This document shows, in pieces, positions 18,878 to 27,475 of a stretch of DNA of 64,000 nt. This DNA comes from Chthoniobacterales bacterium (GTDB lineage Bacteria > Verrucomicrobiota > Verrucomicrobiia > Chthoniobacterales > Chthoniobacteraceae). The notes below the pieces were generated by a model. The model was not told where the DNA came from. It did no database searches and saw only the letters and a program-made list of their open reading frames with translations. Location of the stretch: positions 1-64,000 of the forward strand of contig JBBQZX010000017.1 of NCBI GenBank assembly GCA_038207335.1, written 5' to 3'. Within the stretch, counting starts at the first letter, position 1, and each line of letters begins with the position of its first letter. A program made the translations under genes and the position numbers.

Positions 18878-20503
18878 TTATTCGTCCCGCAGCCGCGCCT
18901 TTGTCTGGAACCCAGGCGGGCGTTTCCCCTGCTTGGCTTCTTCGGTCTTCACCTTCACCGCGAGAGGGTCGCGGAACGCATCGTCGTAGCGTGTGTCGGT
19001 AGCGGTGACGCGGTCGAATTCAGCAAGCGCGGTGTTGTAATCCGCGCGGCCCTGGAGCTCGGTCGTGCGGGCGCGCGTCAGTGAGACGCTGGCATTCAGG
19101 ACATCGAGTTGCGTGCCGGCACCGGCGGAAAATCGCTCCTGTGAAAGGCGCACGGCTTCGAGCGCTTGCTCCACGCTTTTCTGCAGGCTCAGCACGGTCA
19201 GCCGCGCCCGGGTGAGATCCAGATACGCCTGCTCCACTTCGATCTCCACCTGTTGCACGGAGTCTTGATAGTTGATCCGCGCCGACTCGAGCCGGGCGTG
19301 CGCCTGCTTGGTTCTGCCGTAGGTCTCGCCGCCGTCGAAAATATTCCACGAGCCGGTTACGCCAAAGAACCAGCCATTTACGACCTCTGAGAGGTCGTCA
19401 CTGAGGCGCGAGTTCCGCAGTTCGTAGCCCGCGTTGGCGTCGAGGCGCGGCTTGTATCCGGCGAGCGCGACTTTGATCTGCTGCGTCTCGATGAGGATCA
19501 TCTGGCGCTGGACTTTGAGAAAAGGGCGGCGCGCTTTTGCGAGATCAATGGCGTTTGTGAGGCCGAAATTTCGCGGCGGCATGCCGAGCTCACCGACGGG
19601 CTTGAACGCGGGCTTCAAGCCGGTCGAAGCATCGACCGCGAGTGTTTTCGCGAGCTGGAGCAGCGCGAGGAGGTAATTGTTTTTAGCCTTGATGAGATCA
19701 GGCCGCGCATTGGCCAGTTCGACCTCGGCCTGCAACACGTTGAAGCGAGGCACCGTGCCGGCGTCGAAGCGGTTTTGCTGATCCTTGAACTGATTCGTGA
19801 GAAGATTCACAGACTCCTCCTGCACGGTAATGAGCGCGCGATTCAGCAGCGCGAGGACGAACTGCTGGCGGGTCTTTGAAATGACCATGTCCACAGTATC
19901 GCGCAGCTTCCAGTAGCTCGAGTCCTCGGTGAATTTTGCGATCTTCAGCGCCGCGCCAACCTGCCCGCCGGTATAGAGCGCTTGCCGTACTTGAAAAGTC
20001 ACCTGCCACGATTTGTCATTTACGCTGAAGCCGCTGCCCGACTGGCCGGAAACTGTGCTGCTGCTGACGCTCGATTTCCGGCCCTCCTGCTGATTTTGCG
20101 ACTGATCCTGAGTGGCGTTCTGATCGGTTTGATTGCTGGAATTTTGCGAACTCTGCGAATTTCCACTCTGGCCCTGCGAGGAATTGTTGCTGTTCCCGAA
20201 ACTGCTACCGCCGCTCTCGAGCAGCGCCCGATCCTGCTGGCTGTAGTTGCCCGTCATCGTGAGATGCGGCAGCGCAGCGGCGCGGACTTCGATCACAAGC
20301 CCGCGCGTGCGTTCGATCTCCTGGAACGCCTTGAGGATTTCGGCGTTCTGCCGAAGCGCGATCTGCACGGCACGATCCAGCGTGAGGTCGCCCGAGAGCG
20401 TGCTCTGCACGGCGTGCGCCGCGCGGACTTCCTCGGCGAGGAGCGGAAGGGCAAGAACTGAGGCGAGGGAGAGAAGTGCGGCAGCGAGGAGTCGTCGAGT
20501 CAT
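18878..20503 (-). CDS. TolC-family outer membrane efflux protein
   Basis: Signal peptide at ATG 20503 overlapping the marR stop; LTLDRAVQIAL; two OEP repeats (RF.AG....DVL.A). Confidence 0.92.
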   Translation of the reverse strand: MTRRLLAAALLSLASVLALPLLAEEVRAAHAVQSTLSGDLTLDRAVQIALRQNAEILKAFQEIERTRGLVIEVRAAALPHLTMTGNYSQQDRALLESGGSSFGNSNNSSQGQSGNSQSSQNSSNQTDQNATQDQSQNQQEGRKSSVSSSTVSGQSGSGFSVNDKSWQVTFQVRQALYTGGQVGAALKIAKFTEDSSYWKLRDTVDMVISKTRQQFVLALLNRALITVQEESVNLLTNQFKDQQNRFDAGTVPRFNVLQAEVELANARPDLIKAKNNYLLALLQLAKTLAVDASTGLKPAFKPVGELGMPPRNFGLTNAIDLAKARRPFLKVQRQMILIETQQIKVALAGYKPRLDANAGYELRNSRLSDDLSEVVNGWFFGVTGSWNIFDGGETYGRTKQAHARLESARINYQDSVQQVEIEVEQAYLDLTRARLTVLSLQKSVEQALEAVRLSQERFSAGAGTQLDVLNASVSLTRARTTELQGRADYNTALAEFDRVTATDTRYDDAFRDPLAVKVKTEEAKQGKRPPGFQTKARLRDE

Positions 20504-20955
20504 TTGGCTTGGCAGTAGGTGAAAATCTTTTCGTAAATCGTGATCCAGTTTCTCTGCTCGTCCGCATCGAGGTTGGCCATCATTTTCAGCAGATTGGAAA
20601 TCATGTCCTCGCGGACTTTCGCGACGAGCGCATCGCCCGCGGCGGTGCTCTGCACGAGGATTTTTCGCCGGTCGTCTTTCGCGTGCATTCGCTTCGCGAG
20701 ACCGAGCTTTTCGAGCCGATCGACGAGCCCCGTCGCGGCGGCCGTCGTGTGGCCCATTTTCTCGGAGACCTCGGTCATCGTGAGGGTCTTTTGCTGCGTG
20801 AGAAAGCCGAGCAAAAAGTATTGCGGGAAGGACACATTTCCGCGCGAAAGCTCCTTGGAAAGATTCAGCATGAAGCACCGCTGGAGCACCGTGAAAATAT
20901 CCGCCAGCCGCTCGGCATCGGCTCGCATGATCGTTTCGTCGCGGGTGGAATCCAT
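20500..20955 (-). CDS. MarR family transcriptional regulator
   Basis: 151 aa; ATGLVDRLEKLGL..R.....DRR winged helix. Confidence 0.95.
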   Translation of the reverse strand: MDSTRDETIMRADAERLADIFTVLQRCFMLNLSKELSRGNVSFPQYFLLGFLTQQKTLTMTEVSEKMGHTTAAATGLVDRLEKLGLAKRMHAKDDRRKILVQSTAAGDALVAKVREDMISNLLKMMANLDADEQRNWITIYEKIFTYCQAK

Positions 20956-20966
20956 AATGTTAATGC

Positions 20967-21000
20967 CATTTACCTTAAATGCGTTGAAACATCCGTCAAC
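20967..21000 (-). promoter_or_regulatory. marR promoter with overlapping palindromes (candidate MarR operator)
   Basis: Minus strand TTGACG-N16-TAAGGT; palindromes CATTTA-CCT-TAAATG (20967-20981) over the -10 and GTTGA-N8-TCAAC (20983-21000) over the -35. Confidence 0.6.
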
Positions 21001-21166
21001 CGCGCGATGTGACTGTCACTTGTAAATTTCGCCAACGCCTCCAACGTCCCCGGCTCGAATGATTTTATCACTTTTCGACGTTGGAGTTGCGCGACTCGGC
21101 TTCCTCCGCTAATCCCATCGGCCCTTTGCCATTCCCCCGTCGATTTTCTCCGCCCAGCGCTCTTTC

Positions 21167-22924
21167 ATGATCCTCCACCGGCCCTGGATTGCTATGATCG
21201 TCGCGAGCTGCCTCTGCTCTCGCGCCGCGCTCGCGCAGGTCGATGGCGGCGCAAGCAGCAACGGCCCATCGAGCCCCGCAGCGGGGTCGAGCGGCACGGG
21301 CACCGGCTCCTCCGGTAGTTCGGGCACTGGCGGCTCGACGGCGCCTGAGAGTTCGGGGTTTGGTTCAACCCCGGGTGCGAGTTCGTCTTTTGGCAGTGGT
21401 AGTGGGGCGTCTTCGTCCTTTGGCACGCCCGCACCGGTCATCCCCGAGCCAATTCCGGGCGCGACAAGCGGTGGGCAGTCCACGACCGGTTCACAGTCGT
21501 CGTTGCAAGGCACGGGATTTCAGACGCCGAAAGTGCCCACCGCGGCGGCGCCATCGTTTTCACTGCCGGGCTTTTACGGAGCCTCCGCGACTTCGCTCAC
21601 GGCGGGCGAAGGCCGACTGGCGCGCCCGCGCTTCCGATACAACGTCTCCATGTCGCTCGGATACGACGACAACACCCAACAGACCCCGACCAATACGCCG
21701 TCATTTCCCGCCGTTTATCAGGAAGTGATCGTCGATCCCGGCACACCACCAACCATCCAGCAGGTGCCCGTCCGAGGCCCCGCAACGACGCAAATCGGAC
21801 CGGGCGGATTGATCATCACCCGGCCCGGCCAAATCATCGGCTTTACCAACCAGATCATCCCCGGCACGGCTCCGAAGACCCAGCGCGTGCTCGTCCAGCC
21901 TGCAATTCCGAAGCAGGAGCGCGACGGGAGCGTCGTGACCCGCGCAAACGGCGGCATCGACATCCAGCTCTTCAGCGCCCGCTCGCTCTTCACTTTCGAC
22001 CTGAACGGCGGCGCGGATTACAACTGGAGTCGGCCCACACGGAGCAGAATCGACTACAACGGCGCGCTGGTTTTTAGCTTCCTCTACCGGCTCACTCCGC
22101 GACTGCAATTCACCACGCAATTCAACGGCGCCTATCTCACGCAGCCCGACCTCTCCCGCATCAACACGCCGCAAAACCAAACCGGCAGCGCATACATCAA
22201 CACCAACGCGAAAATCGACCTCTCGTATCGCGTCTCACCGCGCTTCACCACAGTGCTGAGCCTTAGCGACAACGCGCTCTATTTTCAGGAAAAGCTCCAG
22301 CAAAACGGCGACTACAGCGAAGTCGTCGGAGGCGCGGAATTTCGATACCTCTTCAGCCCGCGCATGACTCTGCTGCTCGAGGGCCGCTACAACTCGACGA
22401 CGTATGCACAAGATTCGACCCGCGACTCCACGTCCGCGTTTTTGCTCGTTGGTGCCGAGGTGCAGCTCTCGCGCGTGCTTAGCGGCTCGGTCCGTATCGG
22501 CGAGTCCATCCGTACGTTCACGGAGTCTGGAATCAGCAACTCCTCGCCGTATCTCGAGGCCAACGTCGCCTATCGCATCGGGCCGACCTCCGTGGTGAAC
22601 GCGAACACGCGCTTCGGCTTCGAGGAGCCCGCGACGGCGGGCCAAACGCGGCTCGTGTATCGCTTCGGCCTCAGCTATTCGCAGGCCTTCAGCCCGCGGC
22701 TCAGCGGTTCCGTGGGGATCAATTACCTCCACGACACCGTCAGCGGCCAGAACATGCAGGACGACATCACGAGCACCTACGACGCCAACTTTCAGCTCAA
22801 CTACCTCGTGACGCGGCAGTTCTCGCTCAACGCAAACTACAGCTTCACAACGCTCATCTCGGAGCAGGGATTCCGCGACTACTATCGCAACCGGTTCTTC
22901 TTCGGCGGCGCCTACACTTTTTGA
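21167..22924 (+). CDS. Outer-membrane beta-barrel protein associated with polysaccharide export
   Basis: Signal peptide, Ser/Gly-rich N-terminus, alternating amphipathic strands, C-terminal YTF; upstream of wzc. Confidence 0.85.
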   Translation: MILHRPWIAMIVASCLCSRAALAQVDGGASSNGPSSPAAGSSGTGTGSSGSSGTGGSTAPESSGFGSTPGASSSFGSGSGASSSFGTPAPVIPEPIPGATSGGQSTTGSQSSLQGTGFQTPKVPTAAAPSFSLPGFYGASATSLTAGEGRLARPRFRYNVSMSLGYDDNTQQTPTNTPSFPAVYQEVIVDPGTPPTIQQVPVRGPATTQIGPGGLIITRPGQIIGFTNQIIPGTAPKTQRVLVQPAIPKQERDGSVVTRANGGIDIQLFSARSLFTFDLNGGADYNWSRPTRSRIDYNGALVFSFLYRLTPRLQFTTQFNGAYLTQPDLSRINTPQNQTGSAYINTNAKIDLSYRVSPRFTTVLSLSDNALYFQEKLQQNGDYSEVVGGAEFRYLFSPRMTLLLEGRYNSTTYAQDSTRDSTSAFLLVGAEVQLSRVLSGSVRIGESIRTFTESGISNSSPYLEANVAYRIGPTSVVNANTRFGFEEPATAGQTRLVYRFGLSYSQAFSPRLSGSVGINYLHDTVSGQNMQDDITSTYDANFQLNYLVTRQFSLNANYSFTTLISEQGFRDYYRNRFFFGGAYTF

Positions 22925-22978
22925 ACGAAAAACCCAGCCAGTCTGTCTCCGCCAAGCCCTCCACTCCACCCAGCGAAA

Positions 22979-23007
22979 TTGCCAGTTCCGCCGTTGCGGA
23001 TTAGCAT
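22979..23007 (+). promoter_or_regulatory. Sigma70-like promoter for wzc
   Basis: TTGCCA-N17-TAGCAT. Confidence 0.6.
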
Positions 23008-23043
23008 CACCACGGCTACTTTCGCGCCCCTCCAAGCTTTCCT

Positions 23044-25227
23044 ATGTCCTCCAATCCCATGAACGAGTCGAATGAAGTCAGGCTGCATTTCCTCGACTAC
23101 TGGCGCATCGTCAAAGTGCGCTCCGGGCTCATCACGCTCGCCTTTCTTCTGGTCATGGTCACAGCGGGCGTCACGACCTACTTTTTGCCGCGCGAGTACT
23201 ACTCGAAAGTCACTGGCGAGGTGAAACCGGACAATTCGGCACCGGTCGGAGACATCGGCGAGCGCGGCAACGTTGGGCGCTCGATCGCCGACCCGGCTTA
23301 CATCACCACGCAGTTCAATATCATGCAGAAAACCGGGATTCTGTATCCCGTTATCGATCAGCTCAAACTCGCCGACGCGTGGGCGATTGAAGGTCGCAAG
23401 CTCGACGCGCAAACCACCTACCTTCGTCTGCTTGGAATGCTGGATTTGCATGAAGTCCGCAACACAGGCCTCATCGAAATCGGCGTTTACGACGTGGACA
23501 AGCAGGAGGCAGCGAATATTGCGAACACCATCGCGGTCGTCTATCGCGAGAAGCGCCTGAGCGACCTGCAGGAGAGCATCGATCGCGGCCTCGCGACGGT
23601 GCGTGAGGAGACGGACAAGCAGCGCAAGCGAGTCGAAGAGGCCTCCGCGGAAATGGCGAAAATTCGGCAGCGCGACTCGATCATCGACGCCGACCCGGAA
23701 AGCCTCAGTTCCGCGCTGAATACCGCCGATCGAAATGTGGTCGCGCTCGAGCAGCAGCTCAATGAACAGCGGCTCGTTGTCACGCGGATCAAAGGCAACC
23801 TCGAACAAATCATGAAGCTGAAGCCGGAGGAGCTCAAAGAGGTGCTCCGGACGCTGAACATCGACGACCAGAACGTCATCAAAATGGTCGCCGCGATGCA
23901 GGAGGGATTTTCCGAGGAGTCTCGCCTGCAGGCTAACGGCCTCGGCGAAAAACACCCGCGCCTTTTGGCCATCCGAGCCCAACGCGAATACTATTCCAGC
24001 GTGCTCGAGTCCTCACTGAAAAGCGTGACTGAAAATCAGGCAAGCAAGCTGGAAATAGAGGAGCGCAACCTTGCGGCGTTGCAGGCGAAATTCGACGACG
24101 CGATGCAGAATCAGATCAAAGACAAGGCGAAAACCGGCGACTACACCGAGGCCAAGAGCCGCTACCTTCTGGCGAAGAAACTGCTCGAATCCGCGCAGCA
24201 GCGCATCTCGACCGAGCTTTTCAACCGCAACAACTTCTTCGAGCCGTTCAAGATCGTGGAAAAAGCGGAACCTGCGATCTACACCAAACGGCCGAATGTT
24301 CCCGCCTACATGGGCCTCGCGGCGCTCGTTGGGCTCATCGTCGGCGTCAGCCTTGCGTTCTTCATCGAGTATCTCGACACCAGCGTGAAGACACTCGAAG
24401 ACGTGGAGAAATACCTGCAAATCCCCGTGCTCGCGGTTGTGCCGAAAGACATTTCGCAACTCATCAAGACCAAAGGCGACACGCCCGACGCCGAGGCTTA
24501 CCGCATCCTGCGGGCGAACGTGGAATTCAACAAACCGGACCGCAACGCGAACACCTTCACGCTCGTGAGCGGCGGCCCCGGCGAGGGAAAATCCACCACG
24601 CTCAACAACCTTGCCTACACCTGCGCCCTCGGCGGCTACAACGTCCTCGTCGTCGATGCCGACTTGCGCCGGCCGACGCAGCACAAATTTTTCGACATCG
24701 AAAATGACCACGGCCTCACCGACTACCTCACCGGCCACGCCACGCTCGACGAGATCACGCGGACGACGAAAATCGACAATCTCTCCTTCATCCCGAGCGG
24801 CAATCTGCCGGGCGACGCTGTCGGGATTCTCAACTCGCAGCGCATGGTCGATCTCATCGCGAAAGTGAAGGGCCAATACGACCTCGCGTTCTTCGACTCT
24901 CCGCCGATCCTCGGGGTGAGCGACGGCTCGGTGCTTTCGAGCGAGTGCGACATCACGATCATGGTCGTGCAGCATCGGCGCTTCCCGCGCGCCATGCTCC
25001 AGCGGGTGAAGCAGGCCGTCATCCACGCTGGCGGCACGCTCATCGGCGTCGTCCTGAACAACGTCGATAGCAAGCACGACGACGGATATTCCTACTACAA
25101 CGCCTACAACGACTACTACGCGCCGAAGCGCAAGGAAGCCCCGCGCCGCGGCGGTCCCGCGTTGCGCCCCGCGCCGACGCCCGCCGGCACGACCGTGAGC
25201 CCGCGCGAAGACGGCGAAGAATACTAA
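23044..25227 (+). CDS. wzc: Polysaccharide co-polymerase / BY-kinase
   Basis: Two TMs flanking a coiled coil; AEAYRILR, PGEGKST, VDADLRRP, DSPP; Tyr cluster YSYYNAYNDYY. Confidence 0.93.
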   Translation: MSSNPMNESNEVRLHFLDYWRIVKVRSGLITLAFLLVMVTAGVTTYFLPREYYSKVTGEVKPDNSAPVGDIGERGNVGRSIADPAYITTQFNIMQKTGILYPVIDQLKLADAWAIEGRKLDAQTTYLRLLGMLDLHEVRNTGLIEIGVYDVDKQEAANIANTIAVVYREKRLSDLQESIDRGLATVREETDKQRKRVEEASAEMAKIRQRDSIIDADPESLSSALNTADRNVVALEQQLNEQRLVVTRIKGNLEQIMKLKPEELKEVLRTLNIDDQNVIKMVAAMQEGFSEESRLQANGLGEKHPRLLAIRAQREYYSSVLESSLKSVTENQASKLEIEERNLAALQAKFDDAMQNQIKDKAKTGDYTEAKSRYLLAKKLLESAQQRISTELFNRNNFFEPFKIVEKAEPAIYTKRPNVPAYMGLAALVGLIVGVSLAFFIEYLDTSVKTLEDVEKYLQIPVLAVVPKDISQLIKTKGDTPDAEAYRILRANVEFNKPDRNANTFTLVSGGPGEGKSTTLNNLAYTCALGGYNVLVVDADLRRPTQHKFFDIENDHGLTDYLTGHATLDEITRTTKIDNLSFIPSGNLPGDAVGILNSQRMVDLIAKVKGQYDLAFFDSPPILGVSDGSVLSSECDITIMVVQHRRFPRAMLQRVKQAVIHAGGTLIGVVLNNVDSKHDDGYSYYNAYNDYYAPKRKEAPRRGGPALRPAPTPAGTTVSPREDGEEY

Positions 25228-25232
25228 AAATC

Positions 25233-25811
25233 ATGAAGAAGTTTCTCCTCCTCACCGCGCTCCTGCTCACCGTCATCGGCTCGCAGGCGCAGGATGTCCG
25301 CCGCGCCACCGCCGCCGACCCCAGCAGAAACCAAAGCGCGTCCTTTCGCTCCGGCGAAGTCTTCGAGCTCCGCATGAGCGGGATGCCCCCGGAAGACGCG
25401 GTGCCATTCGCGCAGACGTTCACCATCGGCGGCGACGGCTTCGTGAACATCCCCTTCGCTGGGCAGGTGCGCGCCGTCGGACTCACGCAGAGCCAGCTCG
25501 AGCGGGCGATCGAGCAGCGACTCGTCGAGGCGCAGATTTTCACGCACCCCACAGCCACGATCAACGTCGCGCCGCAAGCCCGCTACGTCACCATCGGCGG
25601 GCAAGTCCGCGCTCCGCAGCGCATGGTCTGGTCGCCAGACCTCACGCTCCTCTCTGGCATCGCCGCAGCGGGCGGCCCCGCTGATTTTGCCGGGGATAAA
25701 ATCAAGCTCAGCCGCAACCGGCAGGTCACCGTTTACAGCCGCAAAAGCCTGAATAAAAACCCCGCCGACGACCCCCGCCTCCTCCCCGGCGACCAAATCG
25801 ACCAGTTGTAG
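25233..25811 (+). CDS. Short OPX polysaccharide export protein (Poly_export + SLBB)
   Basis: DGFVNIPFAGQVRAVGLT, GGQVRAP, IAAAGG, LLPGDQI; 192 aa. Confidence 0.9.
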   Translation: MKKFLLLTALLLTVIGSQAQDVRRATAADPSRNQSASFRSGEVFELRMSGMPPEDAVPFAQTFTIGGDGFVNIPFAGQVRAVGLTQSQLERAIEQRLVEAQIFTHPTATINVAPQARYVTIGGQVRAPQRMVWSPDLTLLSGIAAAGGPADFAGDKIKLSRNRQVTVYSRKSLNKNPADDPRLLPGDQIDQL

Positions 25812-25954
25812 AGCTTGAGCAGGCCTTGATCTTCCAAGGATTGCAAACGGCAGATCAGGAATCGATTCTATCACGTTCTGGCAGATTTAAGGATCGCGCC
25901 TCGCAGCCTTCCGACTGCTAACAAAATCGCCCGAAACGCCTTATACTTCAGCGC

Positions 25955-27475
25955 ATGTCCCCCCGTCACCTGATCGCCTGGGTCGTCCTTTCCTCCACTG
26001 CCGTCGCAGCGGAGCCCGGCAAGCCGGTGAGCTACTACAAAGACATTCGGCCAATCTTTCAGGCACAGTGTCAGGGGTGTCATCAGCCGGCGAAGGCGAA
26101 GGGCGGCTACGTGATGACCGATTTCGCGAAGCTCATCGAGGGCGGGGAGAGTGCGGCGAAGGGGGAGAAGGCGATCATCCCCAAGGACCCAGACAAGAGT
26201 CTGCTGATGGAGCAGGTCACACCGGACAAGGGTGAGGCGGAGATGCCGAAGAAGAAGCCGCCGCTGCCGGAGGTCGATCTGCAGACGATCCGGCGATGGA
26301 TCGTTGAGGGCGCGGTGGACGACACGCCAGCGAATGCCAAGCAGCGGTTCGACGCGGAGCATCCGCCGGCTTACACACACCCGGCGGTGGTCACTTCGCT
26401 CGATTTTTCGCCCGATGGGCAGCTCCTGGCGGTGACGGGATTTCAGGAGGTGGTGCTGCAAAAGACCGATGGCTCCGGCATCGTCGGGCGGCTCGTCGGG
26501 CTTTCGCAGAGGCTCGAGTCGGTGCGATTTTCTCCTGATGGAAAATGGCTGGCGGTGGCGGGGGGGCAGCCTGCGCGGATGGGCGAGGTGCAAATCTGGG
26601 ACGTGGAGAAGAGGAAGCTTCACGTCTCGGTGCCGGTGACTTTCGACACGGTGTATGGGGTGAGTTGGTCGCCTGATAGCAAGTTCGTAGCGTTCGGCTG
26701 TTCGGATAAATCGGTGCGCGCGATCGAGGCGGCGACCGGTAATCAGGTGCTCACGCAGTCGTCGCACAGCGATTGGGTGCTCGACACGGTCTTTTCGATG
26801 AAGGGCGATCACGTCGTCTCGGTGAGCCGCGACATGAGCGTGAAGCTGACCGAATTCGCGTCGCAGCGCTTCGTGGATAATATCTCGTCGATCACGCCCG
26901 GCGCGCTCCGCGGCGGCATCCACGCGGTCGCGCGACATCCGAAGCGCGACGAGATTTTGATCGGGGGCTCGGACGGCGTACCGCAGGCGTATCGCATCTT
27001 CCGCACGACCGCGCGGAAGATCGGCGACGACGCCGCGCACATCCGGCAATTTCCCGCGATGGAGGGGCGAATCTATGGCGTCGATTACAGCCCCGATGGC
27101 TCGAAGATCGTGGCTGGGAGCAGTCTCGACGGCCACGGCACGGTGAATATTTGCACCGCCGATTACGACGACGCGCTGCCGCCGGACATCGAAAAACTGC
27201 TGACGAAAGACAACAAAGCCGTGCAGGGAAAAGAACGCGAAGCACTCGATCAATACCTCACGAAGGGCGTGAAATTGCTTCACTCCGTCGCCATCGATTC
27301 CGGCATTTACGCCGTTGCGTTCAGCGCGGATGGGGCGACCGTCGCCGCTGCTGGAGAGGATGGAAAAGTGCGCCTCATCGACGTCGCAAGCGGCGCGATT
27401 AAGCGCGAGTTCATTCCCGTCCCGATGGATGGCGTGAAAGTCACGACTGCCGAAAATTCACCTGCTGCAAAATGA
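25955..27475 (+). CDS. Planctomycete-type cytochrome c domain + WD40 repeat protein
   Basis: VSYYKDIRPIFQAQCQGCH, MP, WI..GA; multiple FSPDG repeats; signal peptide. Confidence 0.92.
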   Translation: MSPRHLIAWVVLSSTAVAAEPGKPVSYYKDIRPIFQAQCQGCHQPAKAKGGYVMTDFAKLIEGGESAAKGEKAIIPKDPDKSLLMEQVTPDKGEAEMPKKKPPLPEVDLQTIRRWIVEGAVDDTPANAKQRFDAEHPPAYTHPAVVTSLDFSPDGQLLAVTGFQEVVLQKTDGSGIVGRLVGLSQRLESVRFSPDGKWLAVAGGQPARMGEVQIWDVEKRKLHVSVPVTFDTVYGVSWSPDSKFVAFGCSDKSVRAIEAATGNQVLTQSSHSDWVLDTVFSMKGDHVVSVSRDMSVKLTEFASQRFVDNISSITPGALRGGIHAVARHPKRDEILIGGSDGVPQAYRIFRTTARKIGDDAAHIRQFPAMEGRIYGVDYSPDGSKIVAGSSLDGHGTVNICTADYDDALPPDIEKLLTKDNKAVQGKEREALDQYLTKGVKLLHSVAIDSGIYAVAFSADGATVAAAGEDGKVRLIDVASGAIKREFIPVPMDGVKVTTAENSPAAK

